A stretch of DNA of 62,324 nt from an uncultured Bacilli bacterium (lineage in GTDB: Bacteria > Bacillota_I > Bacilli_A > RF39 > UBA660). Location: assembly GCA_947629405.1 (NCBI GenBank), contig CANRDL010000001.1:73502-135825 (forward strand), given 5' to 3'. The notes beneath the pieces are model-generated. The model saw nothing but the letters and a program-made list of their open reading frames with translations. It searched no databases and was not told where the DNA came from. A program made the translations under genes and the position numbers. This document shows positions 37,573 to 46,853 of this stretch, in pieces; within the stretch, counting starts at the first letter, position 1; the number at the start of each line of letters is the position of its first letter.

Positions 37573-37795
37573 ATTCGACAAAAAATGGCAAAAATTTCCA
37601 CAAAAACTTGACAGGGGGGGGTCTATTATATAATTTCCTTAGAAAGTAAGGAAATACTATGAAGAAAAATAAACTAAAAGTAGAATTAAAAAAATATCTT
37701 AGCCAAAAAGAAAAGATAAAAAATACCTTTATAAGCTCATGTATTATTCTAGTAGTCCTTACTTTTTTTATCTTTATAACATATTCATACTTTAT
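37573..37795 (+). repeat. copy 1 of a 223-bp direct repeat (promoter plus the first 137 nt of coding sequence)
   Basis: It matches 38926-39148 at a constant offset of 1353 nt. I saw only 3 substitutions, all upstream of the -35 element. The 137 coding nt are identical. Confidence 0.9.
37608..37634 (+). promoter_or_regulatory. TTGACA-G8-TCTATTA-TATAAT promoter with a homopolymeric G tract in the spacer
   Basis: TTGACA is at 37608-37613, the G8 run at 37614-37621 and TATAAT at 37629-37634. The spacer is 15 nt as sequenced. Confidence 0.65.
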
Positions 37796-38924
37796 AAATA
37801 AAACAGGAGAAATAGAAGTAGGAAATTTTAATTCAAGTATACCTGATGTTGAAATAATAAATAAAGAAATAGTTAAAAATACCAATAATCGACAAGTTAT
37901 ATATACAATAAAAAATAACTCAAGTAGTTATACGTATTCTTATAGTTTGTTTTATAAAATAAAAGGAACTAGAATAGCAAGTATATTTTATAAAATACCA
38001 AGTAAAGAATATTCCCATCCGGAAGGAATAATAAAACCAAATGAAACTAAAAAAATATTTCTTTTATCAAGTCCGGATACCAATCATTCTTATTTACAAA
38101 ATGATTTAACCACCGATTCTTGGGATTTTCAACTTTATAGTGGATATGAATATTCAAAGCCTAAAATAGAAGGAGGATATCAAAAAATAAATTATTCTTT
38201 ACTTTCAGAAACTGCTGAATTAAAAAATTTAAATCCATCAATAGGAACATTATCTCCTAACTTTAATTCAAGTACATTAAGTTATGAGTTACATATTCCA
38301 TCTTCTGTAACTATAACTACTATAGAGTTAACTCCAGAAATATCTAATAATGGTGAAATAGATGATAAAACAATTACTATATCGTATAATGCAAATACTT
38401 ATAGATATAATGTAGATAAAAAAATAAAATTATATGCTGAAGATGGAACTTATTTAAAAACATATACGATTAGTACTATAATAAGGGATGTTGATAATGA
38501 TGAAGATTTAAATAAAATATTTGGTAACGGAAAAATACAAAGTATTGTTTTTTTAAGTCGAAATAATCAACCAATTTTTGTAAATGGTACAAATATAGGA
38601 TTTGAAGCTGGCTCAACTCTAACTATCTATGTTCCTTTAAAGTATCAAAATTTAACAACATTTAAAAATTGTATTATAAAATGGTCATATGTAGATGGAC
38701 AAAATTTTCTTTATGAAAATAACAAAGATTGGTATTATTCTTCTACAATTGTTACTGAATCTGGAGGAATATTAAATCATTACGATTCAACTAGTTTTGC
38801 TATTCCTGGTGATTATAATTATTATGAGTTAATGGGACTTACCTATGATTTACATATTGATTATTATCGATATGGGCAACATAGCACTGGTCCAACTTAT
38901 CATATAAAATTTAAAACTCATTAA
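37659..38924 (+). CDS. signal-anchored surface protein, variable family member 1 (contains a cadherin-like beta-sandwich-type module)
   Basis: The basic N-terminus plus TM anchor (aa 1-46) is identical to the next gene. A LKNLNPSIGTLSPNFNSSTLSYELHIP module and the shared KLYAEDGTY block are present. The C-terminal third is unique. Confidence 0.7.
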   Translation: MKKNKLKVELKKYLSQKEKIKNTFISSCIILVVLTFFIFITYSYFINKTGEIEVGNFNSSIPDVEIINKEIVKNTNNRQVIYTIKNNSSSYTYSYSLFYKIKGTRIASIFYKIPSKEYSHPEGIIKPNETKKIFLLSSPDTNHSYLQNDLTTDSWDFQLYSGYEYSKPKIEGGYQKINYSLLSETAELKNLNPSIGTLSPNFNSSTLSYELHIPSSVTITTIELTPEISNNGEIDDKTITISYNANTYRYNVDKKIKLYAEDGTYLKTYTISTIIRDVDNDEDLNKIFGNGKIQSIVFLSRNNQPIFVNGTNIGFEAGSTLTIYVPLKYQNLTTFKNCIIKWSYVDGQNFLYENNKDWYYSSTIVTESGGILNHYDSTSFAIPGDYNYYELMGLTYDLHIDYYRYGQHSTGPTYHIKFKTH

Positions 38925-38925
38925 G

Positions 38926-39148
38926 ATTCGACAAAAAATGGCAAATTTTTCCACAAAAGCTTGACAGGGGGGGGTCTATTATATAATTTCCTTAGAAAGT
39001 AAGGAAATACTATGAAGAAAAATAAACTAAAAGTAGAATTAAAAAAATATCTTAGCCAAAAAGAAAAGATAAAAAATACCTTTATAAGCTCATGTATTAT
39101 TCTAGTAGTCCTTACTTTTTTTATCTTTATAACATATTCATACTTTAT
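38926..39148 (+). repeat. copy 2 of the 223-bp direct repeat
   Basis: See copy 1. It starts 2 nt after the stop codon of the first paralog. Confidence 0.9.
38961..38987 (+). promoter_or_regulatory. second TTGACA-G8-TATAAT promoter
   Basis: TTGACA is at 38961-38966, the G8 run at 38967-38974 and TATAAT at 38982-38987. The spacer is 15 nt. Confidence 0.65.
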
Positions 39149-40307
39149 CAAAAATTCTGGAGAAATAGATGTAGGAAATACTTATGCAGCAATACCAAAT
39201 AAGGATGTTACAATAATAAAAAGAGGAGAAGAAGTTCCAAATAGTAATAATCAACAATATATATATACAATCAAAAATAATTCCCATACAAATACCTATT
39301 CATATAATTTAAGTTATCAAGATAAATCATCAGGTCGTTTTCGTAAAATATATTATAAAATACCAAGTAAAGAGTATTCTCATCCAGAAGGAATAATTAA
39401 AGCTGGTGAGGAGAAAAAAATTTATTTAATATTTGAACAGGGGATAACCAAAGAAGTATTAGGAGAAATATACAATCAAAATGGTGTATGGAATGGAACA
39501 ACAGGACCTTTTTATTTTAAAGTATTTTCAAATTATGAGTATACACCACCTAAAGTAGAAGAAAATTATGTAAAAATAGAATATTCACCTCTTTCAGAAA
39601 CTACTGAATTAACCGATTTAAAAAGTTATAGTGTTGGCTATTTAATCCCATTATTTAATAGTAATATTTTAAATTATGATTTATATCTCCCAGAATATTA
39701 TTCTGATGAAGCAGTTTATTTTAAACCCACTTTAACCAATAATGGTAAAGTTTTAAATAATAAAATTGATATATATGGCAATAGTTATAGATTTAACCGA
39801 GAAATAAAATTATATGCTGAAGATGGAACATATGTAAAAAGTTATAAAATAAATAATATAAATGAAAAAGAACCAAAAGGTAATATATATAGAATTTGGA
39901 TGGAAAGTGCTCAAGGTAAAGTTTTAGGTGAAGCATTTCCTGGTAAATTATCTAGTAATGAAAATTCTAAAATAGTTGATGTAACTTTATCAGTTAAAAA
40001 TAGTGAAACAACTGAAAATTATATATATTTTAATTTCACAGATTTTAATAATTATTTAAAAAAATATTATAGAAATTATTATGTTTTCTCTGTCGAAAAG
40101 TTAATTGGCAATAATTATGCTGATACTTCAGCTTCAGATCTTTTTGATCCAACTGGAAAAATATATGAATCTAGAGATTCATTAAAATTTAAACTTCATC
40201 ATTTCTTCTATAGTGACAAATATCAAATAAAAATATATATAAATTCAACATCTTCAAGTAATTTACTTAAAACATATAATATTTCATTTCAATCTCAAAA
40301 TTCTTAA
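39012..40307 (+). CDS. signal-anchored surface protein, variable family member 2
   Basis: The N-terminal 46 aa are identical to member 1. The middle is moderately similar (YYKIPSKEYSHPEGIIK, LSETTEL, KLYAEDGTY). The C-terminal third is unrelated. Confidence 0.7.
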   Translation: MKKNKLKVELKKYLSQKEKIKNTFISSCIILVVLTFFIFITYSYFIKNSGEIDVGNTYAAIPNKDVTIIKRGEEVPNSNNQQYIYTIKNNSHTNTYSYNLSYQDKSSGRFRKIYYKIPSKEYSHPEGIIKAGEEKKIYLIFEQGITKEVLGEIYNQNGVWNGTTGPFYFKVFSNYEYTPPKVEENYVKIEYSPLSETTELTDLKSYSVGYLIPLFNSNILNYDLYLPEYYSDEAVYFKPTLTNNGKVLNNKIDIYGNSYRFNREIKLYAEDGTYVKSYKINNINEKEPKGNIYRIWMESAQGKVLGEAFPGKLSSNENSKIVDVTLSVKNSETTENYIYFNFTDFNNYLKKYYRNYYVFSVEKLIGNNYADTSASDLFDPTGKIYESRDSLKFKLHHFFYSDKYQIKIYINSTSSSNLLKTYNISFQSQNS

Positions 40308-40360
40308 TTTCATATTTATTTTTTTTAAAAAATTTATTAAAATTAATTATGGTGATATTA

Positions 40361-42490
40361 ATGAATAAAGAAATAATAGATGAAATTAGTCAAAGTGAAA
40401 ATATTATGCCAAAACAAATTGAGGCAGTTTTAAAATTATTAAGTGAAGGTAATACCATTCCTTTTATTGCTAGATATAGAAAAGAAGCAACTAATAATTT
40501 AAATGAAGAAGAAATTAGAAAAATAGAAATAGTTTATACTGCTAAATTAAATTTACTTAACAAAAAGAACGATGTAATTAGATTAATTGATGAAAAGGGT
40601 TTATTAACTGAAGAAATTAAAAATAATATTTTGAATGCAACTAAATTAGTGGAAATTGAAGATATTTATCGACCTTTTAAAGAAAAGAAAAAAACGAAAG
40701 CAACCGAAGCGTTAAACAATGGTTTAGAGCCACTTGCTAAAATGATATTATCTTTTCCTACCAATGGTGATATTAATTCATTATGTCAAAAATTTATTAA
40801 TGACAAAGTAAAAACTATAGAAAAAGCAGTCGAAGGTGCTTCATATATTATTGCTGAATGGATTTCAGATAATGCTAGTTATCGAAAGTATATTAGATCA
40901 AATATATTTAAATTTGGCATATTGATAGCTAAATTAAAAAAAGATGCTGTAGATGAAGATAGTAAATATGCAATGTATTATGATTATGAAGAACCAATAA
41001 AGTCTATTAAGCCACATCGAATATTAGCTATAAATAGAGGTGAAAAAGAAAAAATATTAACAGTATCAATCAAAATAGATAATAAATATATACTTGAAAA
41101 TTTAGAAAGAAAAATAATAAAAAATCCTAATAGTTTTGTTTGCGATATTGTAAAAAATTCTATATCAGATGCTTATAAAAGATTAATTTTTCCTAGTGTC
41201 GAAAGAGAAATTCGAAAAGAATTAAAGGAAAAAGCGGAAGAAAAAGCAATTGAAAATTTTTCAGAAAATTTAGAAAATCTTTTATTAACGCCACCAATTA
41301 AAGAAAAGGTTGTTTTAGGATTTGATCCGGCTTATAGAACAGGTTGTAAATTAGCAGTTTTAGATAAAATGGGAAATGTTTTAGAAATTGCGGTAATTTA
41401 TCCTACTAAGCCTAATGAAAAAATTAAAGAATCAGAAGAAATATTACTTAAACTTATTGATAAATATAATATTGATGTTATTGCTATTGGTAATGGAACA
41501 GCATCTAGAGAAAGTGAAAAGTTTGTTGCTAATACAATAAAAAAAGCAAATAAAAAAGTTGAATATGTTATAGTTTCAGAAGCAGGAGCATCAGTATATT
41601 CTGCATCTTCATTAGCAATTTCCGAATTTCCTAATTTATCCGTAGAAAAAAGAAGTGCTATAAGTATTGGAAGAAGACTTCAAGATGCTTTATCAGAACT
41701 GGTTAAAATAGATCCAAAAAGCATAGGTGTAGGACTTTATCAACATGACATTACAAGTAAAGCTTTAGATGAATCATTAAATTTTGTGGTGTTAAAAACC
41801 GTTAATAGTATTGGGGTTAATTTAAATACTGCATCTGCTTCTATTCTTTCCTATATTTCCGGACTTACTAAAAAAGTTATTAAAGAAATAATTGATTATC
41901 GAAAAGATAATAAATTTAAAAAAAGAGAAGATTTAAAAAAATTAAAATCTGTAAATGAAAAAATATATGAACAATCAATTGGTTTTTTAAGAATAATTGA
42001 TGGGGAAAATATTTTAGATAAAACTTCTATACATCCGGATTATTATGATAAAGTAAATAAAATGTTAGAAGATTTACAAATTAATCTAAAAGACATTGGT
42101 CAAGAAAATATAAAAGAAAAAATAAGTAATGTTAATTATGAAGATTATGGACTTGATAAGTATACTTTTTCCGATATAAAAAAATCATTAATAAGTCCTA
42201 TGTGGGACCCTCGAGATAATTTAGCAGCTCCTATTTTAAAAAGTGATATTTTAACTATTGATGATTTAAAAATAGGTGATACATTGCAAGGTACTGTTAG
42301 AAATGTTGTAGATTTTGGTGCATTTATTGATATTGGATTACATAATGATGGTTTAATTCATGTATCAAAAATATCTAATAATTATATAAAAGATCCCAAA
42401 GATATTTTAAGTGTGGGGCAAATTGTTGAAGTAAAAGTAATTGATATTAATAAAGAAAATGAACGAGTATCATTAAGCATGATAGAGTAA
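40361..42490 (+). CDS. tex: Tex-like transcription accessory protein with a C-terminal S1 domain
   Basis: IPFIARYRKEATNNL, a YqgF-like GFDPAYRTGCKLAVLD motif, HhH repeats, and a C-terminal S1 domain (GTVRNVVDFGAFIDIG). Confidence 0.9.
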   Translation: MNKEIIDEISQSENIMPKQIEAVLKLLSEGNTIPFIARYRKEATNNLNEEEIRKIEIVYTAKLNLLNKKNDVIRLIDEKGLLTEEIKNNILNATKLVEIEDIYRPFKEKKKTKATEALNNGLEPLAKMILSFPTNGDINSLCQKFINDKVKTIEKAVEGASYIIAEWISDNASYRKYIRSNIFKFGILIAKLKKDAVDEDSKYAMYYDYEEPIKSIKPHRILAINRGEKEKILTVSIKIDNKYILENLERKIIKNPNSFVCDIVKNSISDAYKRLIFPSVEREIRKELKEKAEEKAIENFSENLENLLLTPPIKEKVVLGFDPAYRTGCKLAVLDKMGNVLEIAVIYPTKPNEKIKESEEILLKLIDKYNIDVIAIGNGTASRESEKFVANTIKKANKKVEYVIVSEAGASVYSASSLAISEFPNLSVEKRSAISIGRRLQDALSELVKIDPKSIGVGLYQHDITSKALDESLNFVVLKTVNSIGVNLNTASASILSYISGLTKKVIKEIIDYRKDNKFKKREDLKKLKSVNEKIYEQSIGFLRIIDGENILDKTSIHPDYYDKVNKMLEDLQINLKDIGQENIKEKISNVNYEDYGLDKYTFSDIKKSLISPMWDPRDNLAAPILKSDILTIDDLKIGDTLQGTVRNVVDFGAFIDIGLHNDGLIHVSKISNNYIKDPKDILSVGQIVEVKVIDINKENERVSLSMIE

Positions 42491-42545
42491 GATAAATATC
42501 TTGATAAGCGAACAAATATATGGTATTCTTAACTTAGGTGATAAT

Positions 42546-43100
42546 ATGTATAACTATATTAAAGGAATAATAACAGAAATTAATCCTGGTTATATTGTTT
42601 TAGAAAATAATAAAATTGGATTTCAAATTACCGTAGCGAATCCTTATTCCTATATCGAAAATGAAGAATATAAAATTTATATTTACAGTCATATAAGAGA
42701 AGATGAATATACTTTATATGGCTTTCAAACTGAAGAAGAAAAGGAACTATTTTTAAAATTTATTAATGTAAAAGGGTTAGGACCTAAAGTTGCCATCGCC
42801 TTACTTGCTAATGGAAATGTTTCAGGCATTAAAGATGCAATTGAAAGAGAAAATATTTTATATTTAAAAAAATTTCCTAAAGTAGGGGAAAAACTTGCTA
42901 GACAAATTATTCTTGATTTAAAGGGAAAATTAGTAAAAAAAGAAAATACAGTTATTCAAGGTGATTATGAAGAATTAATATCCGCTTTAGAAAATTTAGG
43001 ATATAAAAGAAGTGATATTAATAAAGTATTACCTAATATAAACACTATTGATAAAGTTGAAAAACAGATAAAAGATGCTTTAAAATTATTACTTAAATAG
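42546..43100 (+). CDS. ruvA: Holliday junction helicase subunit RuvA
   Basis: [28 protein letters not shown] and the HhH motif [12 protein letters not shown] 42546 follows GGTGA. Confidence 0.9.
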   Translation: MYNYIKGIITEINPGYIVLENNKIGFQITVANPYSYIENEEYKIYIYSHIREDEYTLYGFQTEEEKELFLKFINVKGLGPKVAIALLANGNVSGIKDAIERENILYLKKFPKVGEKLARQIILDLKGKLVKKENTVIQGDYEELISALENLGYKRSDINKVLPNINTIDKVEKQIKDALKLLLK

Positions 43101-43108
43101 GAGGGTTT

Positions 43109-44104
43109 ATGGCTAAAAGTATATTAAGTGAAAATATTATTTCCAATGATGACAAAGATGAATTATTGCGTCCCCAATATTTAAGTGAATATGTTGGGCA
43201 AAAAGAAATAAAAGAAAATATTGATGTATTTATTAAAGCTTGTAAAATGCGTGATGAAGTTTTAGATCATGTTCTTTTATATGGTCCTCCAGGTTTAGGA
43301 AAAACAACTTTAGCTCATATTATTGCCAATGAGCTTGGTACCAATATAAAAACTGCCAGTGGCCCTTCAATTGAAAAAAGTGGTGATCTAGCTGCCATAT
43401 TATCTACTTTAGAACCGGGAGATGTATTATTTATTGATGAGATACATCGTATGCCTAAATATATTGAAGAAATATTATATCCAGCTATGGAAGACTTTGA
43501 ATTGGATATTATTATTGGCAATGAAGGTTCTAGTCGAAGTATAAAAATAGATTTGCCACCATTTACTTTAGTTGGAGCAACTACTAAAGCGGGAGATATA
43601 TCTTCTCCCTTAAGAGATCGTTTTGGAATAGTATGTAAATTAGAATACTATAAAACATCTGAACTAGTAGATATAGTAAAAAGAACTAGTAGAGTTTTAT
43701 CATCTAGTATAAATGATGAAGCAGCTAAAATTATTGCCTCAAGAAGTAGAAGAACACCGCGTATTGCCAATCGATTATTTAAACGAGTTAGAGATTTTGC
43801 ATTAGTTGAAGGTAAAAATGTAATTGATGAAAATATCAGTGAACAATCTCTTAAAAGATTAAAAGTTGATGATTATGGATTAGATAAAAATGATCAAGAT
43901 TATTTGCTTAGTTTAATTAACAAATTTAATGGAGGACCTGTGGGTGTTGAAACTTTAGCTTCTTCAATTGGCGAAGAAGTATCTACCTTAGAAGATGTTA
44001 TTGAACCATTTTTATTACAGGAAGGATTTATTAAAAGAACTCAAAGAGGAAGAATAGCAACTGATAAGGCTTACCAACATTTTAATATTGAAAAAAATGT
44101 CTAA
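43109..44104 (+). CDS. ruvB: Holliday junction helicase RuvB
   Basis: [12 protein letters not shown], the [12 protein letters not shown] Walker A motif, FIDEIHR, and the arginine finger region. Confidence 0.95.
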   Translation: MAKSILSENIISNDDKDELLRPQYLSEYVGQKEIKENIDVFIKACKMRDEVLDHVLLYGPPGLGKTTLAHIIANELGTNIKTASGPSIEKSGDLAAILSTLEPGDVLFIDEIHRMPKYIEEILYPAMEDFELDIIIGNEGSSRSIKIDLPPFTLVGATTKAGDISSPLRDRFGIVCKLEYYKTSELVDIVKRTSRVLSSSINDEAAKIIASRSRRTPRIANRLFKRVRDFALVEGKNVIDENISEQSLKRLKVDDYGLDKNDQDYLLSLINKFNGGPVGVETLASSIGEEVSTLEDVIEPFLLQEGFIKRTQRGRIATDKAYQHFNIEKNV

Positions 44105-44177
44105 AAATAAGATGTTTTTTTATTCTATTGAATCTAATTTTAGATTATGCTAATATAATTTTTGAAAAGAGTGGCAT

Positions 44178-45191
44178 ATGAAAAAGAAAAATTATTTATT
44201 TTTTTTAATATTTATATTTTTAGTTGTAATTTATAGTTATTTTAATGTAATTTATTATCATAAGCAAAATGAAAAGGCTGATGCAGTTGCCCTTAAAAGT
44301 TTTGAAAAAATTATAAAATTAGAAATAAAAGAAAAAAAACAGAAACAAGAAAAAGAAAAGAAAATAAAGAAATGTCTTGCTAGCAAAGATCAATTTACAG
44401 AAAAAAATTATAATGTTAATCTACAAACTAAAATAAACCAATTAAATGAATATTTAAATAATAATTATAATTATGCATTGGTATATCATGAATTAAATGA
44501 TAATTTTGGATTAACAAAAAATGAAAATATATCTTTTTATGGTGCTAGTATTATTAAAGTTACTTTGGCAATTTATATATATGAAAAAGCTGAAAATGAT
44601 GAATCTATTTTGAATAAAACAATAACCTATTCTTCAAAATATTATAAAGGAGGAGCCGGTGTTATTAAAAATAATATTCAATCATCATATCCAGTTAGAG
44701 ATTTAATAAAATATATGATTGAAGATAGTGACAATATTGCTTTTATGATGCTTTATAATAACTTTAATATTAATGATATTAGAAATTTTTGGAATAATTA
44801 TGGAGCAACCAAAACATTTGTTGGAAGTGATGAATTTGGATATATAACAGCAAACGATACAAAAATATATATGAATGAGTTATACAATTATTTAAATACT
44901 AATACCAAATTATCAGAAGAACTTGGAAATTATTTTTTAGCGGCATCTAAAAATTCTTATATAGCTAAAAATATTAATAAACCAGTATATTTTAAATATG
45001 GAGAAACTTCTCCATATTATCATGAAATAACTATTATAAAAGATGAAAATCCTTATATATTAAATATATTGACTACTAAATTTCCCAATAATCATATTAA
45101 TTTTATAAATAATGTTACTAATTATGTAAGTGATATTCATAAAACATATTTTGATAATAAAAAAGAATATTGTTATGAAAAATATAATTAA
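44178..45191 (+). CDS. membrane-anchored class A beta-lactamase-like serine hydrolase
   Basis: A TM anchor is followed by the S-x-x-K motif (GASIIKV) and an SDN motif (EDSDNIAF). The third box is the KTG-like FKYGE. Confidence 0.6.
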   Translation: MKKKNYLFFLIFIFLVVIYSYFNVIYYHKQNEKADAVALKSFEKIIKLEIKEKKQKQEKEKKIKKCLASKDQFTEKNYNVNLQTKINQLNEYLNNNYNYALVYHELNDNFGLTKNENISFYGASIIKVTLAIYIYEKAENDESILNKTITYSSKYYKGGAGVIKNNIQSSYPVRDLIKYMIEDSDNIAFMMLYNNFNINDIRNFWNNYGATKTFVGSDEFGYITANDTKIYMNELYNYLNTNTKLSEELGNYFLAASKNSYIAKNINKPVYFKYGETSPYYHEITIIKDENPYILNILTTKFPNNHINFINNVTNYVSDIHKTYFDNKKEYCYEKYN

Positions 45192-45243
45192 AGAATAGAC
45201 AAATTATTCTTTTTTATTTATAATTAATTTTGGATGTGACTAT

Positions 45244-46272
45244 ATGAATACAAATGATTTTGATTATGAATTAGATGAAAAAAAGATTGCTCAAACACCT
45301 CTTAAAGATAGAAGTGATTCTAAATTAATGGTTTTAAATAGGGAAAATGGTGATATAAAACATGATATTTTTAAAAATATAAAATCCTATTTAAAAAAAG
45401 GAGATGTCTTAGTTTTAAATGATACTAAAGTTATTCCCGCCAGATTAATTGGTATTAAAGAAGAAACTAATGCTTTAATTGAATTATTATTACTAAAAGA
45501 TTTGGGTAATAATATTTGGGAATGTCTTTCTAAACCTTTTAAAAGATTACATGAAAATACAATTATTTCTTTTGGCGAAGGAATTCTAAAAGCGAAGGTA
45601 ATAGAAAAAAAAGAAGAGGGGATAGTTCATGTAAAATTAATATATGCAGGAATTTTATATGAAATTTTAGATAAACTAGGAACAATGCCACTTCCTCCAT
45701 ATATTCATGAAAAATTACAAGATCAAAATCGTTATCAAACAGTATATGCTAAAAATATCGGTTCGGCAGCCGCACCAACTGCTGGGCTTCATTTTACCAA
45801 AAAATTACTTAAAGAATTAGAAGATTATGGAATAGAAATTTTATATGTTACTTTACATGTGGGGCTGGGAACATTTAGACCAGTTGAAGTAGAAGATGTA
45901 AAAAAACATCATATGCACAGTGAATTTTATATGATGAATAAGGATGTAGCAGATAAATTAAATAAAGCAAAAAAAGAACATCGAAGAATAATTTCTGTGG
46001 GAACTACTACTTGCCGTGTATTAGAAACAATCATGCATAAATATAATGAATTTAAAGAAAGTAGTGGAGAGACAGATATATTTATTTATCCTGGATTTGA
46101 TTTTCGGGCAATTGATTGTCTTATTACTAACTTTCATTTACCTAAAAGTACATTATTAATGTTAGTAAGTGCTTTTTCTTCAAAAGAAATTATCTTAAAA
46201 GCATATAAAAAAGCATTAAATAGTGATTATCGATTTTTTTCTTTTGGTGATGCCATGTTTTTATATAAATAG
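45244..46272 (+). CDS. queA: S-adenosylmethionine:tRNA ribosyltransferase-isomerase
   Basis: FDYELDEKKIAQTPLKDRSDSKLMVL, AAPTAGLHFT and VGTTTCRVLE motifs. Confidence 0.95.
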   Translation: MNTNDFDYELDEKKIAQTPLKDRSDSKLMVLNRENGDIKHDIFKNIKSYLKKGDVLVLNDTKVIPARLIGIKEETNALIELLLLKDLGNNIWECLSKPFKRLHENTIISFGEGILKAKVIEKKEEGIVHVKLIYAGILYEILDKLGTMPLPPYIHEKLQDQNRYQTVYAKNIGSAAAPTAGLHFTKKLLKELEDYGIEILYVTLHVGLGTFRPVEVEDVKKHHMHSEFYMMNKDVADKLNKAKKEHRRIISVGTTTCRVLETIMHKYNEFKESSGETDIFIYPGFDFRAIDCLITNFHLPKSTLLMLVSAFSSKEIILKAYKKALNSDYRFFSFGDAMFLYK

Positions 46273-46391
46273 AATACTGCAATATTGATTTTTTACAAAG
46301 ATATGTAAAAATATGTAAAAAAAAAAGAGAATTTTAATAATTTTACATAATAAATATGTTATACTTTTTATATAATAAGGAGGATAAAAAT

Positions 46392-46853
46392 ATGGAAAAA
46401 GCAAAAACTAATGAGTTGGTTGATAATGTAGCTAATGAAATTTTTAATCATTTGCTTATAAAAAATTTAGAAAGAGATTGTAAAGGTAGAATGACTATGC
46501 TACAAAGTGTAGCTTATACTTATCCAAATTTAGGTCTTAAAGAAGGAAGTTCAAAAGATATTAAAATTACTGAATTAGTTAATAAAAAAATTGATGAATA
46601 TGAAGAAACAAAAAATGTTTCTCAAGTACCTGAAGAACAATTAAATAATATTGCTGAACAAGTATTTAATCTTAAATTACAAAAAGAATCAGAAAAAAAT
46701 GATCCTGATTCAGCAATGTCATTATTGATAAGTGCAGCACTTGGTTATCCTAATTTTGGAATTAGAATTGGAACAATCGATGATAAAGTATTAACGGAAT
46801 TAATTAATGCAAAGGTTAATGAATATAATAAATCAAAAAACAAAACCATATAA
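46392..46853 (+). CDS. hypothetical protein with an internal tandem duplication of about 65 aa
   Basis: AAGGAGGA lies before ATG 46392. The two halves align: VANEIFNHLL...YTYPNLGLKEGSSKDIKITELVNKKIDEYEETKN against IAEQVFNLKL...LGYPNFGIRIGTIDDKVLTELINAKVNEYNKSKN. Confidence 0.55.
   Translation: MEKAKTNELVDNVANEIFNHLLIKNLERDCKGRMTMLQSVAYTYPNLGLKEGSSKDIKITELVNKKIDEYEETKNVSQVPEEQLNNIAEQVFNLKLQKESEKNDPDSAMSLLISAALGYPNFGIRIGTIDDKVLTELINAKVNEYNKSKNKTI

Noticed and set aside
37574-37580. TTCGACA (the reverse complement of the Spo0A box TGTCGAA) at the start of both copies of the duplicated module. The second copy is at 38927-38933.
   Set aside because: A 7-mer of this composition is expected several times by chance in 62 kb. 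Its duplication is explained by the 223-bp repeat itself.
37586-37600. TGGCA-N5-TTCCA upstream of both G-tract promoters, which resembles a sigma-54 -24/-12 element.
   Set aside because: The critical -12 GC dinucleotide reads CC. No enhancer-binding-protein gene is nearby, and a consensus sigma-A promoter lies just downstream. I cannot support it from sequence alone.
37523-39151. Minus-strand ORFs 37523-37885 and 38921-39151, which encode near-identical peptides.
   Set aside because: They lie antisense to the duplicated promoter and 5' module, so their identity is a by-product of the 223-bp repeat. They span the promoter and G tract and have no translation signals.
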